Translations under genes and position numbers: made by a program
The notes under the pieces: generated by a model
Seen by the model: only the letters and a program-made list of their open reading frames with translations
The model's database searches: none
Told to the model about the DNA's origin: nothing
Part shown: positions 25,401 to 38,000 of the stretch, piece by piece
Position numbering within the stretch: the stretch's first letter is position 1
How the letters are laid out: every line of letters begins with the position of its first letter
From: Lenisia limosa
Lineage: Eukaryota; Protista; Breviatea
Reading direction: 5' to 3'
Assembly: GCA_001655205.1 (NCBI GenBank)
Contig: LPNZ01011617.1
Location: forward strand, 13,132-77,131
DNA length: 64,000 nt

Positions 25401-25580
25401 CAGTTTCTCAAAGACTCACCATCATGCTCACCTCTATTTTGGCATTTTCGTCCGAAAAATTGGGTTGGAAGAAAGCTGCAGGAAGCTGTGGGATCGCAGG
25501 TGACTCCTCTTGCTAACATATTAGTTTTGAACTGATTTCAAGGCAACCCAAACCTTTGCAAAAGAAAAGGTGAACACCAT
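22435..25580 (-). CDS. METTL18: Histidine N-methyltransferase METTL18/Hpm1
   Basis: MVFTFSF start; SDLKPGVYEG|GFKIWECAVDL; VLD|LGCGAGIPG; FQDY|NEEVL; FISGDW; YDYILSTDTIY; AKRYYFGLGG; ends RETILVTHS*. Contains a ~1.4 kb intron at 22966-24379. Confidence 0.93.
23040..23770 (+). pseudogene. Decayed ORF inside the METTL18 intron, possibly a Transib/RAG1-like transposase remnant
   Basis: Stop-interrupted readings include WGNMGHPCKIWRHFKWSGSDAAAILQ..CFTQLFELW and LFN*IKLAFP..YFLHLMGQITDF..NASL. The resemblance is from memory only, and no TIRs were found. Confidence 0.3.
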
Positions 25581-25876
25581 GATATTCAGGCAATGGAGGA
25601 CCTAAGAATATTAGGGAACGAAATTGATGAAGGAAGGGTAAAGCAGACTAAAATACTCAGTTCCTCCTCCTCAGTCAGGTCCCCACTTATATCTATCTAC
25701 ACAAATACAACATTATCATAAGGAGGAGAATATATGATGTAAAGTACATGAATATTCCTAGCTCTGTATATATGAACCAACCAGAGGCTAGCTTGGCGCA
25801 AACAAAGTAGTAGTCGAGAGTGTATATCCTGGACTATTTGTGGATTTTTTATGCGATTATGTTTTAGCTGTTTTAG

Positions 25877-28800
25877 AGTTTTCGAGGCTGGTGGGGAGTC
25901 GTGTGGAGGGGGAAGAGGGGTCTGAGGGGTGACCACCAGGTTGCCACCAGGACACTGCCAGGACACACACAAGCCAGGGCCAGAAGAAACTGTATGCCAC
26001 GTGCCCGTGAAAAATAACGGATTTGAACAGGAATAATATTTTTTTTTTATTTTTTGGGAAATTTGAATCGCAAGCTGAGGAGGAGGAGATATAATAATCA
26101 AGGGTGTTTGAAGAAGGAATTACGGCAGAATGGAGGGCGAAGATGTTTGTGGAATTCCGTTTCTCGTTTCCTATATCTTTTCTACAAAGCCTCCTTCATC
26201 CCATTTGATTTAATTCTTTTGAATACATGGCATATACAGCGTAAAAAGCCCATACTGCCTTCCTTACCCCCCCCCCCCCNNNNNNNNNNNNNNNNNNNNN
26301 NNNNNNNNNNNNNNNNNNNNNNNNGCGAGAGAGTTGACTCAAGAATGTAGTTGGCGCGGTTATATTGCAAATCATGTTGTAAAGGGTAATATTTGAGATT
26401 TAATAACTCCATTCGCCCAAATGTGACGTTCTTTTTACAGCTGGTTGGGATTCGATAATACGAGGGCTTTGATGAGTCATACCCGATATTCCCATTAAAT
26501 TGAAAGTACTTGAAGTTTTCTAATATTTTATTCATACTAGGCGCCGACAGTAAATATGATGGTGCCACAAACAGTATTGAAGAGAAGAATGAAGCACCAA
26601 GAGAAAATATTATAGAAGAAAATGTCGTGGAAGAAGTGAAAGAAGAAGAGGTGAAAGCAGAAGAAGAAAAAGAAGTTTCAAAAGAAGTTCTCGTTAAAGA
26701 AAACACAGTTGACATTCAAGACGGTCCGGAAGAACAGGCAGCAGCAAGAAAAATGCAAAGCGCCTGGAGAAGGAAGCAGTCCAGATCCGAGGGTAAGGAT
26801 GAAGAAGAGATTACAAGTAATAATGATAGAGATATTAAGGATGAAGAGACTAAAGAAGAAGGGAAAGAAGATGTGAAGGAAGAGGTGAAGGAGGTAAAAG
26901 AAGAAGAGAAAGAAATGGAAGAAGAGGCGAAAGAAGAGTTGAAAGAAGGGGTGAAAGAAGAAGAGGTAGAAGAGGTGAAAGCAGAAGANNNNNNNNNNNN
27001 NNNNNNNNNNNNNNNNNNNNNNNNNNNNNNNNNNNNNNNNNNNNNNNNNNNNAGCAGCAGCAAGAAAAATGCAAAGCGCTTGGAGAAGAAAGCAGTCCAG
27101 ATCACAGGGTAAAGATGAAGAAGAGATTACAGGTAAGAATGAAAGGGATATTAAGGATGAAGAGACTAAAGAAGAAGGGAAACAAGAGGTGAAGGAGTTA
27201 AAAGAAGAAGAGAAAGAGGAAATGGAAGAAGAGGTAAAAGAAGAATTGAAAGAAGAAGCGAAAGAAGAGGTGAAAGAAGAAGCGAAAGAAGAAGTGAAAG
27301 AAGAAAGAAAAGAAGAACTGAAAGAAAAGGTAAAGGAAGAAGAGAAAGGTGTAGAATTGAAAGAAGAGGAGAAAGAAGAGTTGAAAGAAGGGGTGAAAGA
27401 AGAAGAGGTAGAAGAGGTGAAAGAAGAAGAGGTAGAAGAGGTGAAAGCAGAAGATAAAGAAGTTTCAAAAGAAGTTCTCGTCAAAGAAAACACAGTTGAC
27501 ATTCAAGACGGTCCGGAAGAACAGGCAGCAGCAAGAAAAATGCAAAGCGCTTGGAGAAGAAAGCAGTCAAGATCACAGGGTAAAGATGAAGAAGAGATTA
27601 CAGGTAAGAATGAAAGGGATATTCAGGATGAAGAGACTAAAGAAGAAGGGAAACACGAGGTGAAGGAGTTAAAAGAAGAAGAGAAAGAAGAAATGGAAGA
27701 AGAGGTTAAAGAAGAATTGAAAGAAGAAGCGAAAGAAGAGGTGAAAGAAGAAGCGAAAGAAGAAGTGNNNNNNNNNNNNNNNNNNNNNNNNNNNNNNNNN
27801 NNNNNNNNNNNNNNNNNNNNNNNNNNNNNNNNNNNNNNNNNNNNNNNNNNNNNNNNNNNNNNNNNNNNNNNNNNNNNNNNNNNNNNNNNNNNNNNNNNNN
27901 NNNNNNNNNNNNNNNNNNNNNNNNNNNNNNNNNNNNNNNNNNNNNNNNNNNNNNNNNNNNNNNNNNNNNNNNNNNNNNNNNNNNNNNNNNNNNNNNNNCA
28001 GATCACAGAGTAAAGATGAAGAAGAGATGACAAGTAAGAATGGAGATATTAAGGATGAAGAGACTAAAGAAGATGAGAAAGAAGAGTTGAAGGAGGTAAA
28101 AGAAGAGGAGAAAGAAGAGTTGAAAGAAGGGGTGAAGGTGAAAGAAGAGTTGAAAGAAGAAGAGGTAGAAGAAAGAAAAGAAGAACTGAAAGAAAAGGTA
28201 AAGGAAGTAGAGAAAGGTGTAGAAGGGAAAGAAGAGGAAAAAGAAGAGAAGAAAGAAGAGGTGAAAGAAGAGTTGAAAGAAGAAGAGGTAGAAGANNNNN
28301 NNNNNAAGATCACAGGGTAAGGATGAAGAAGAGATTACAAGTAAGAATAGAGATATTAAGGATGAAGAGACAAAAGAAGAAGAGAAAGAAGAGGTGAAGG
28401 AAGAGGAGAAGGAGGTAAAGGAAGAAGAGAAAGAAGAAGTGAAAGAAAAGAAAGAAGAGGAAGTGAAAGAAGAAGTGAAAGAAAAGAAAGATGAGGAAGT
28501 GAAAGAAGAAGTGAAAGAAGAAGTGAAAGAAGAAGCGAAAGAAAAGAAAGAAGAAGAAGAAGTGGAAGAAGAAGCGAAAGAAGAGGTGAAAGAAGAGGTG
28601 AAAGAAGAACTGAAGGAAGAACTGAAGGAAGAAGTGGAAGAAGAAGAAGTGAAAAAGAAAGAAGTGAAAGAAGAGATGAAAGAAGAAGTGAAAGAAGAAG
28701 TGAAGGCAGAAGTGAAGGAAGAAGTGAAAGAAGAACGGAAGAAAGAAGAGAAAGAAGCTACCTCAGTTGCATTTGATGACTTTGAAGAGGAACAGACAAT

Positions 28801-31800
28801 AGAGAAAGACGGAGAGAAGATAGAAAAGCAAGATAAGGTGAAAGAGAAGGTTGAAGAGCAGGATGATGAAATTTGTGATGACTTTGAAGAAGATGAAGAT
28901 AATGAAGAAGAAGTGAAGGAAGAGATGAAGGAAGAGGTGAAAGAAGAGGTGAAGGAAGAAGTGAAAGAAGAAGAAGTGAAAAAGGAAGAGGTGGAAGAAG
29001 AGGTGAAAGAAGAAGTGAAAGAAGAAATGAAAGAAGAAGTGGAAGAAGAAGTGAAAGAGGAAATGAAAGAGGAAGTGGAAGTGAAAGAAGAAGTGAAAAA
29101 AATGAAAGAGGAAGTGGAAGTGAAAGAAGAAGTGAAAAAAATGAAGGAAGAAGTGAAAGAAGAAGTTAAAGAAGAAGTTAAAGAAGAAATGGAGGAAGTG
29201 AAAGAAGAAGTGACAGAAGTAGTAAAAGAAAAAGTGAAAGAAGAAATGAAAGAAGAAGTGAAAAAGGAAGTGAAAGAAGAAGGGAAAGAAGTGAAGGAAG
29301 AAGTGAAAGAAGAAGTGAAAGAAGTGAACGAAGAAGTGAACGAAGAAGTAAAAGAAGAAGTAAAAGAAGAAATGAAGGAGGAAGTGAAGGAAGAAGTGAA
29401 GGAAGAAGCGAAAGAAGAAATGAAGGAGGAAGTGAAGGAAGAAGTGAAGGAAGAAGTTAAAGAAGAAGTGAAGGAAGAAGTGAAAGAAGAAGTGAAAGAA
29501 GAAGTGAAGGAAGAAGTGACAGAAGAAGTGAAGGAAGAAGATAAGACTAAAGAAGAACTAAGGAAAAAAGACAAGGAAGAAAAGGGAGCACAAGAAGAGA
29601 AGAGGTATCTTGAAGAAGATAATGAAGAAGGATTTGAGTCAGACAGTTCAGAAGCGTCAGTATCATCTGTAGTCCATCACCCCCCTGAGCACCAGGCTAA
29701 GTCTCCTTCATCTCCTTGGTGAGTTCTTATTCAATTGGAAATGTAATATTTTTTTAACCTTAATAATATGAATTGGCCCAACCATCTTGCGGTCTTTTTT
29801 CAGGGAGTTGTTGACTTTTTCAGTTCCAAGTCGCCTACACCCCAGCATTCCCGCTCTCCTTCAAGGTATGAAGGAGAATAAGTGTAATAACAGTGTTGTT
29901 TTTCAAGTGGAATTTATTTACATGTTTCAGGTCATCTCAACACTCCCGCTCCCCCTCACCATCAAGGTAACATTGTGCTATTTGTTGTTGGTGTGGTACC
30001 GAAATAACCAAACTGATAGTTTAGGACACACTCTCCCTCCAACTCCCCATCTCCCTCACGGTTGGCCAACAAGAATAGTAATATTTTGTACCCGATCAAG
30101 CACTTATAGTTCAGGTCACAAAGATCATCCAGATCACCATCTCCAACACGGTAAACTGACATTTCTTTTTCTGGCTATTCTTTAACCTAATATAGTTCCC
30201 CTCGTTCGAGGTCGGCATCACCTTCTCCTCGGTAATGAAAAAGATGATTTGACATATACTCAAGTTTACTAGACAAGTTTTCAATATCCGCCCAGTTGAT
30301 TTGTTTGAGCCATATTCATATCTCAGATTGCAGTCCCCTCGTCGCACTCCCGAGCATAGGGAGCCGCCTTCTAACGAGACAACCCCGCAGCAGGTATGGC
30401 ATGTCAGAAATTGGATTTGAAGATCTTCTTGACATTGGAGTTCAGCATATTAACGACATAGACTGGAGTACGTCCGGTGCCCAGTTTAGAAAAACTGCAC
30501 ACCCCTCCCAGTCAATCCCCAAATGGTGCGAATTATATTTGAGCCCAACTCTGCAATTTCTTTGACACTCCCGCTAGCCCACCCTCATACTCAAGACGAT
30601 CTCACCCCCCGGGACCCGGCAGCTGTGCTTTCGGAAGCTGAGGCCGAGGCAAAACCAAAACCTCCAAAAGTGAGACACGTACAAAAAAGAAAAAGTATAC
30701 ATATGATATGATATATTAGATTGGAAAACTGTCTTATCATGTCGTGTTAACACAATCGTAGCAAAAGCGGAAGGGACCCTCGCGTCGTCAGCTGAGGAAA
30801 CAGCAAGAAGAAGCGGATGCAAGAAGGTCTCAAGTATGGACGGTTTTTATACCAGTTTTGCTTGGCCCTCTCCTGAACAATGCTATTCTGGGCTCTATGT
30901 TGTTGTTCTTGTCAAAAATGTTGTGCCTCAGCCATCTCTTTTTTTTTTGGGGGGTGGGTGGTCCAGTATTAATATGTGTCTTAATTAGCTTCTTACCGCA
31001 ACCTTTGAGTTATTTTTCAGATTTTCCCATTTTACTTTCTCAGGTTACAACAATAACTCGGATTGCCGACAAGAACAGCTCACAACAAGCAGTATGGGGG
31101 CTTCATGGCTGTAAATCCAAGCATCAAGGGCGGCACTGACCCCCCAGCGAACACCCTCACGTAAGGTGCTCAAGGAAGAGGTCAAAAGAGAAGTTCTCAG
31201 TGAGCTACTTAACGAGCTGCGTTCCGAACTCAGAACCACGCAGCAGATTTATCGTGGTAAAAAACCACCTAAAAAAGTATGCGTAGTCGCAAACTACGAG
31301 GCTTCAATTACATATCGATAGGTTCTGATCTGATCGTTTAGCGTCCAACTACCCCTGGACAAGACATGGAAAGGAAAGAGGTATTATGTCACCACTTATC
31401 CCGTTTCCACCATCCCACTAAATCCTCACACCTGCAGCGCGCGAAGACTCCGAGAAGAGCCGCCTCCTGCACTCCCCGGTCCGGGCAAAACACACAATCG
31501 CCGCAAACCGTTCCAGCATCACGGCCGTCTCGGCCAGTGTCTGCTTCTTCGAGGCCGTCCCGCCCGGTGTCAGCGTCACGCTCGGGGTACGTGTTCGCTC
31601 ACTCCTTGTTCCAAACAATTTCGGAAGGGGCTTATTTTATTAGATACACCACGCCAAGACGCTTGAATCCGCTCCCGGCTGCACAGCAAGGATGGCAAAG
31701 TGCTATTCTGTAGGGGCGTGGGGCGTGGGGAAATATTAACAAATATTTACTTTTCAAGGTTACCTAATCGATCTGGCCTCTTTGGTGCCCCTCCACCACC

Positions 31801-32173
31801 TCCAAGAATGTCTCCGTATCTCAAACCACAGCCTCCAAGGTTTGTAGGCCTGAGATTATTTCTCTCCCTTTACCTTATATACGTTGTTTCCATTGCTCTT
31901 TTTAACTAGTAGACGCCCCAATAATTCTGCAAACCCTCGTCGCAAGACTCAGGCAAAGCCTTCTGAACAGGGTGAGAAGACTCCTTTGTGAGCAATGTTT
32001 GACGATTTAGTTGATAATCGCATACGCCCCTCAGCGCCCGGCTCGGGAGGCCCTCAAAACGCGGCTCCAAGAAAAAGACGGTGAGCCTCTTTCACACTGT
32101 GGAGTATTCCCAATGTAATTGATTTACCAGGGCGACTCGCCAAAGTGCTGGCCTCCCCCCTAAACCCACATAG
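25877..32173 (+). CDS. Large low-complexity protein with IQ-like repeats, a Glu/Lys-rich (KEEV)n region and a Ser/Pro/Arg-rich C-terminus (5' end uncertain; gaps inside)
   Basis: AAARKMQSAWRRKQSR at ~26745, ~27060 and ~27530. Long open E-rich exon from 26541 to ~29718. Phase-consistent SPSPxR micro-exons at 29824-30231. Terminal exon ATRQSAGLPPKPT* at 32173. Confidence 0.7.
26620..29570 (+). repeat. Coding purine-rich repeats: ~470-bp IQ-containing units (at least 5 implied) followed by a 12-bp gaagaagtgaaa array
   Basis: atgcaaagcgcttggagaagaaagcagtc at 27069 and 27540 (471 bp apart). Unit tails reappear after the gaps at ~28000 and ~28306. Confidence 0.9.
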
Positions 32174-32332
32174 CATCATGTTTCCTTTTCCTTTCATTTT
32201 ATATTTTTGTTTTTGATATCATATTTCTTTTCTTATTCCCCACAGAACTTCACCACTACATCAACCGAACACAACATAACATCAAAATACTACGATACAA
32301 GAATACAATGTTAAATAAAGCCATCATTAGCC

Positions 32333-33532
32333 TTACAACCAATTCCAGTTTTCTGGTAGCTCGGGTTCTTTGATTTCAAAATCTGTTTCAATGCCAAGCT
32401 TCTTAAAAACCTCTGCGAGCTACACCATCATGAGAATACAAGAGAGGGGGATAATACGATGAAGAATATCGGCGTAAAGGTACTAATCACGAAGCGAATT
32501 CTGAAACACCAATCAAAAAAAACAAGCAATAACCAACGCTCAAACTAGATAACGGGGGGGGGGGATCTTATACTAAGACGTCTATACGATTATGTTCCAC
32601 TCCTGCATACTGTTGGCACTTCTGGCAGTTCAGGTTGGAACTTTTTCAAACTAAGAAATGAGAAGCAATCGAGAACTTTTGAAGGGATCAAACGCATCTC
32701 CTCACGGTGACGGCTTGCCTTGAGCCTTTGCCTCCTCTTCTACTTCACACATGACCTCTACCACCATCTGCCAGTCATCCTCGAAACCCTCTGAACGTTA
32801 TTCATTCGTGGAATAAATTGGGGAAAGTAAGAACAAAGAAAGAGAACAAGGGTATCTTCATAAACAACAAACCGTTAGCTGTTTGTAGGAAAAGGTAGTA
32901 CGCTTCCTCTTTCTTTCCAATGTTATACGCACAATGAGCATGAAGGTGTCGGCCAAACGTTGACGTCCCTTCCATTGTTTGCTTGAGATGAGAAATAAAA
33001 CAAGCCCTTCCATTGTTTCCCCATCACGCTTCTAAGAGATATTGGATTATGGAATAACAATAATTGCCCCATCATTGCCTCACAACTCTGTGCACACAGC
33101 TTTCTGCGTACCTCCCCGGCATAAAAAATATAATATATATGTATATACACGATGGAAGATTATGAGTGATGTGATAATCACCGGACTTTGGCTGTTGAGG
33201 TTCCATGCCCAACTTACATAATAGACTAAGCATTTGTAAGCTTGCTCGTAGAAACCAAGTTGGAACATCTCCTTCGCCACCTTGACTATCATCAAGAACC
33301 TTTTAAACGGGAAAATTGATGATCAGTGCCATATTAAAAGGCAAAATATAGAATGCAATTACACCTCACGTTGTAAACATCACCAGCATCAGGGGCTCTT
33401 TCAATCACATTTTGGATCCAAACTCGTGTTTCCGCAGCTGAGTGTCACAAATCAAAGATAACTCCTACGAATGGCATTTTTGGGAAAAGATAGGACTATG
33501 TCTCTTGAAATGATAGATGTTATCTCTGCCAT
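32333..33532 (-). CDS. Hypothetical protein, multi-exon, helical/TPR-like segment
   Basis: MAEITSIISRDIVLSFP; AETRVWIQNVIERAPDAGDVYN; FLMIVKVAKEMFQLGFYEQAYKCLVYY; EGFEDDWQMVVEVMCE; LAEVFKKLGIETDFEIKEPELPENWNWL*, with GT-AG boundaries. Confidence 0.6.
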
Positions 33533-33844
33533 CTTGATAGCTTGCAGTTCAAGCAAGATAAAAAAAATCAAGACTGTTCAAGAGACAAAAAGACACGTAA
33601 AACACGTAGAGAGCGAGTGAGAGAGGAGAGAGAGAGAGAGAGCGCGCGCTGGAGTTAGTGCTATGCGCGAACGCGTGGAACGCAACGTGCATCTTTTTGT
33701 TGGAAATTGTCGATTTTGATTGTTTTTACCCCCTTTGCGACCCCTATGACCCGTTGACCCGTAGCAGCAGTATCGCAGTGTCGCAGTTAAAGAATAACAA
33801 AAGAATAGGGTGAGAGCGGCCACGTTTCCGACGAAACTTCAGTG
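33533..33844. promoter_or_regulatory. Divergent promoter region with a GA-repeat and CG-rich patch
   Basis: gagagcgagtgagagaggagagagagagagagagcgcgcgc at 33608-33650, between divergent ATGs. Confidence 0.45.
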
Positions 33845-34263
33845 ATGAGATCTTCTCACTACAGGACAGCTTGCCTTCTTCTTGGGCTCTTTCTGCTTGT
33901 TTCAACATCTTATGCTAAGCAAAACTCTGTATGTAAGGACAATATCCTGCTTTTAGTCTTACGATTCCAGGTTGCATACCGAACACAAAATGGAAAGTGC
34001 AAGGTTTGTTTTATTAAGAGGAACTGTTGGTTCAACGCGTTATATTTCAGAACCAATGTACTGACCTCTCTGGTGTGGACTACCACAACTGTGTGAAACT
34101 CTGTGTGTCTCCAATGTGCTTTGACAAGCTCTATGGAGCGGATCCGGTTTGAGGAATTAGCCTCTTTACTCATATAGAAAATTTCATATTGACCTAGTAG
34201 TTGGAACCTGGTGAAATTGATGACAGGCAGTACGAGTTCAAAAAGTGCTTTATGTCTGGTTAG
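33845..34263 (+). CDS. Small secreted Cys-rich DUF4787-family protein (4 exons)
   Basis: MRSSHYRTACLLLGLFLLVSTSYA (signal peptide)|VAYRTQNGKCK|NQCTDLSGVDYHNCVKLCVSPMCFDKLYGADP|LEPGEIDDRQYEFKKCFMSG*. Matches the recalled DUF4787 pattern NC..C.SP.C...Y..DPLE.GEID.R...FK.C. Confidence 0.85.
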
Positions 34264-34387
34264 CGACCAAAATCATTTTTTCTTCCTTCCCATCTCAAAC
34301 TTTCATATTTATACTATTAATAATATATTACATAAATATGTAAATGAGTATGCAAGGGAGGCACGCTATCATATATCATATTGTATA

Positions 34388-34989
34388 CAGTGAGTTACAT
34401 ATCATATACATAAGTAATGGCCAAAAGTTTTTCCTTATAACTTATCGCAAATTAGGTCTTATTCTCTGAAAAGTTTGTCATTTTATTGTGATTTGAACTA
34501 CATTTTTTGCACAGATTATTATTAAAACAAATTTGTGATTTGTTTTGAACAAAATATATTACTTGAAATACCATAAAAAAAATCAGTGCATCAAAACGCT
34601 GAAAATTTCAAGTACTTAAGTTGGCCCGCCCCCCTTAGTAGCGATGATAGCCGAAAAAAACATCATGATATTGTGTCAATCAGGTTTCTCATCTCTTTTG
34701 AGGTGGTTTCAAAACAAGCAGATTGCTGCTTTTCTATCATATCTGATACAGTGGTGGATTTAACAAGAATCACGGTGTTTGTTATCAAGTAGTGGGGCAT
34801 GTTCAATTGGGTTAAACCACAGAATGGATCAAAATTCACCATTTTTTATTTAGCGAACTCAAATTTGGTGAATGCCAAAATCAAAATATATGCAAAAAAT
34901 ACGAATTTTGGTTCAATTCACACTTAAAAAAGACATATATTTTGCGACTTATACGGAAAAACTTTTGCCGTTACTTATGTAACTCACTG
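34388..34989. mobile_element. Tc1/mariner-type non-autonomous element (MITE, 602 bp)
   Basis: TA|CAGTGAGTTACATA..AGTAATGGCCAAAAGTTTTTCC at the left end, with the inverse ..GGAAAAACTTTTGCCGTTACTTATGTAACTCACTG|TA at the right end. TA target duplication; no ORF. Confidence 0.88.
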
Positions 34990-35039
34990 TATATCATATA
35001 ACTATTTAGTACTTTGTATGTAAACTATAAGAATATCAG

Positions 35040-38000
35040 ATGAAAAACTGTTAATACAATGTTACGATCTAATTATTCCCATTAAGGTAGTCAGGTTTGA
35101 TTCTTCTCATCTCTTCTACAGTCCAAACCCAAACCCAAGTTATAAGCCATGTCGATATGGCAATGGAATCAATTGATCTCATGCGTAATATCTTGAATTT
35201 CCCATTCTTTTGTAACACATATTACACTCTTAGACTGAGAAGCTGTACCTAACACATATTACAACTGAGAAGCTGTACCTAACACCAACTTATTACATAA
35301 TAATGGTTTCAGAAGATTCCGAAGATTGAAAGAAACAATTCATAGTCCACTTTCGACTCAAATCCGACAAACCAAGTTCATGACATATGAACAGTGGACA
35401 TTTTGTGCAAGTTGTTTCAATTGACAGGATGCATTCAAGATTGTATTACCTTTTGCTTCAAACAAAATTTTCAGTGACCAGGAATTGGTAAAATGAGCGC
35501 TTTATTGATTTGATTGTACAGTATCAGTGTATCACCAGACAACCTCATTTTTCACTACACAGTGCCACTATTTGAAATAATACCGTTTTTTACATTGTCA
35601 TAATAAAGATAATATAACATTAATGTACAGCGACGTGGTTTTATTGCTCAAACACACAGCGATCCTCATCGAACGTTCCTGAGCTATCACAGTTCTTGGA
35701 GGAGGGTGCCTAAGAGGTGAGGGGAAATATCTCAGATGAGGTAGCTCTGCAATTTCAAGCTAACCTTCTTGGTGTTGCTGACAAAAATAGAGCTGGTATC
35801 ATCATTGTCGCAAAACCAGGCACTGAATTGGTTAGTGCAAAAGAGGTGGAATAGGTTGTGGATACCCAATTGGACACTCGAAAGTTCCAGACTTGATGGT
35901 AACTGTCGACCCTTGGTTGAGACTTAAACCGAAGCGCGAAGATGAACTCTGTCAGTTATCACGATATCAAAACGTGCTTGAATTTTCAAGGAGAACTTCT
36001 TTCATATTTCAAATATTGTTCTTATTTCAACTTAAATATCATATTTGGAAGTGGTCAAAGAGTAAGGAAACCACAAGGGTGGGATCAATCAAATAGTCAG
36101 GACCCAACAAATCGGGCATCATCAAGAGTCACTCTGGACTGGACAGCAGTGATGCCACTTTCTTCGCCGCAATTCACGTCTACCATTCCAAGTGAATTCA
36201 TGTTAGATCTGAGCGGTCAATGGAACAATTCATGTTGGATCTGAGCGGTCAATGGAACAATTCATGTTGGATATGAGCGGTCAATAGAAAAATTTATGTT
36301 GGATATGAGCGGTCAATGGAACAATTCATGTTGGATCTGAGCGGTCAATGGGAAAATTCATGTTGGTCTGAGCGGTCAATGGAACAATGCTGACATCATG
36401 ATATTCAACCACCTTACTTTGTCATTGTAATACAGCTGTTCTGAAGTCGAGAACTACTGAAAAATATGGTCGAATCCTAATGCGTAAACGCAAAATACAT
36501 AAAAAATATCAATAGAAAATGTCAAAATGTCATTGAAGTATCCTCGATGGTATGCCTCATGAAAACAAACATGAACTATACTCCCTTTTTTACATATGCA
36601 CAGCCGGTCAAACAACCTCAATGACAAGATATCCTGATGTGGAGTCTTCAGAAGTGAAAACCGCATTGGAAATGTCCAATTTACTGGACGAGTGTGCTCT
36701 GAATTGTCAAATGTGGGGCTTTCCGGTTCCATGAGATACATTAGATAATAAATTGCCCAGCTGAACATACTTCAATAAATTCATGTTTTCGAAAACTGAT
36801 GCATAAAGAGTTACAGAAGAATGGGATGCAGTCACAGGTACGTTCTTGGTTGGGGTATTCGACTACATAATGAGCACCATGGTTTTGAATGTAACTTTAG
36901 CTTACAAGATAGAGTTTAGAATCACTGACAATTATGCTGTCCTCAAACGACTTCTCACTCTTGATCTGAGAAGTAATTTGAAGAAGAATAAAAAAGACAT
37001 TACTGCTATTTGAAATAATCCCCGGGTACCTCCGACATCATCACTTGCAGGTTGGACCGTGAAGTCACATTAGCAAATTTTTGGGACTGAATAGAGGCAT
37101 TCTAGGGTGTCATTAAATTGTTTCTCAAATTCACCAAGAAATTGACTGCTGCCTTCTTGCTGTTCAGAAGACATGTCACCTTTCGAGACTACAGTTATAT
37201 TATTGAGAAAAATTTAGTGTAGCTCAGCAAAGAAGAATTACCTCCTTACATCAATAGAAGCACCAACAATGTTTAAAGTGGTATCCTCAACATTCAACCC
37301 AACTTCTCCTATAACTATTAAAAGATGGTTTGTTGATTGGTGTAATAGCACAATTAGAGCTTCACTTCCGTTACAAATAAAACCAGAAATCTCCAAAAAC
37401 CCTCGATAAATCGCCTTGTCGGAAAAATTTGAGGTAGTCACAAGGTGTTCAAAATTGTTCAAACAATATGCCCAGTGGGAAAGAGATATAAAGCGTTCAA
37501 AAAGGATCAATATCGGACCATAATACAACCAGCAGATCTTAAAAGCTTCCTTCGAAAAGGCAGATCAAAGTTATTTCGGGGAAAATAGTTGTAATGGAAC
37601 TGAAGTGTGGAGAAATATGTACATATTATAATAGGTGTTTACAGGCTATTCTTTTGCTTGAGACCTGACTAGCCCATCGTTTTACCACCAAGAGCCTTAT
37701 TGAAATGGCAGATGTTAGCTAATATGTTTTCGATCTGGGCGTTTAAGATGAAATATTTGTTTGCACAATGCAATTTGAAAATTTTGGTGTTTTGTTGTAA
37801 ATCCTATAATCAGCACAGCTGTGGAAAAGTCCCCTCGCCCTCCACCTGCAGTGAATTCAATGTGGGCAGCCCCTCTGAAAGCGATGTCTTTGCCAACTAT
37901 TGGCTGAGATTCTGGGTTTGCCCTTGATGGTAAGTGATGAAAACAATAGTATCAAAAAGAGGAGGTAAATAAACTTCTTTATACCCTCCACCAACACGAT

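Noticed and set aside
26441-26505. Tudor-like reading LVGIR*YEGFDESY
   Set aside because: It has stops in all frames, and the flanking exons (ending 26381, starting 26541) join in phase without it, so it is treated as intron.
26678-29574. Long Ser/Phe-rich minus-strand ORFs (up to 523 aa)
   Set aside because: They are antisense of the GAA-rich Glu repeat; a pyrimidine-rich strand simply lacks stops.
32245-32373. Apparent 3' coding overlap between the IQ-repeat gene and the convergent hypothetical gene
   Set aside because: Phase-consistent splicing ends the IQ gene at TAG 32173, so no coding overlap is needed.
36196-36388. 32-bp repeats of CRISPR-like length
   Set aside because: Head-to-tail copies with no unique spacers, no cas genes and a eukaryotic intronic context.
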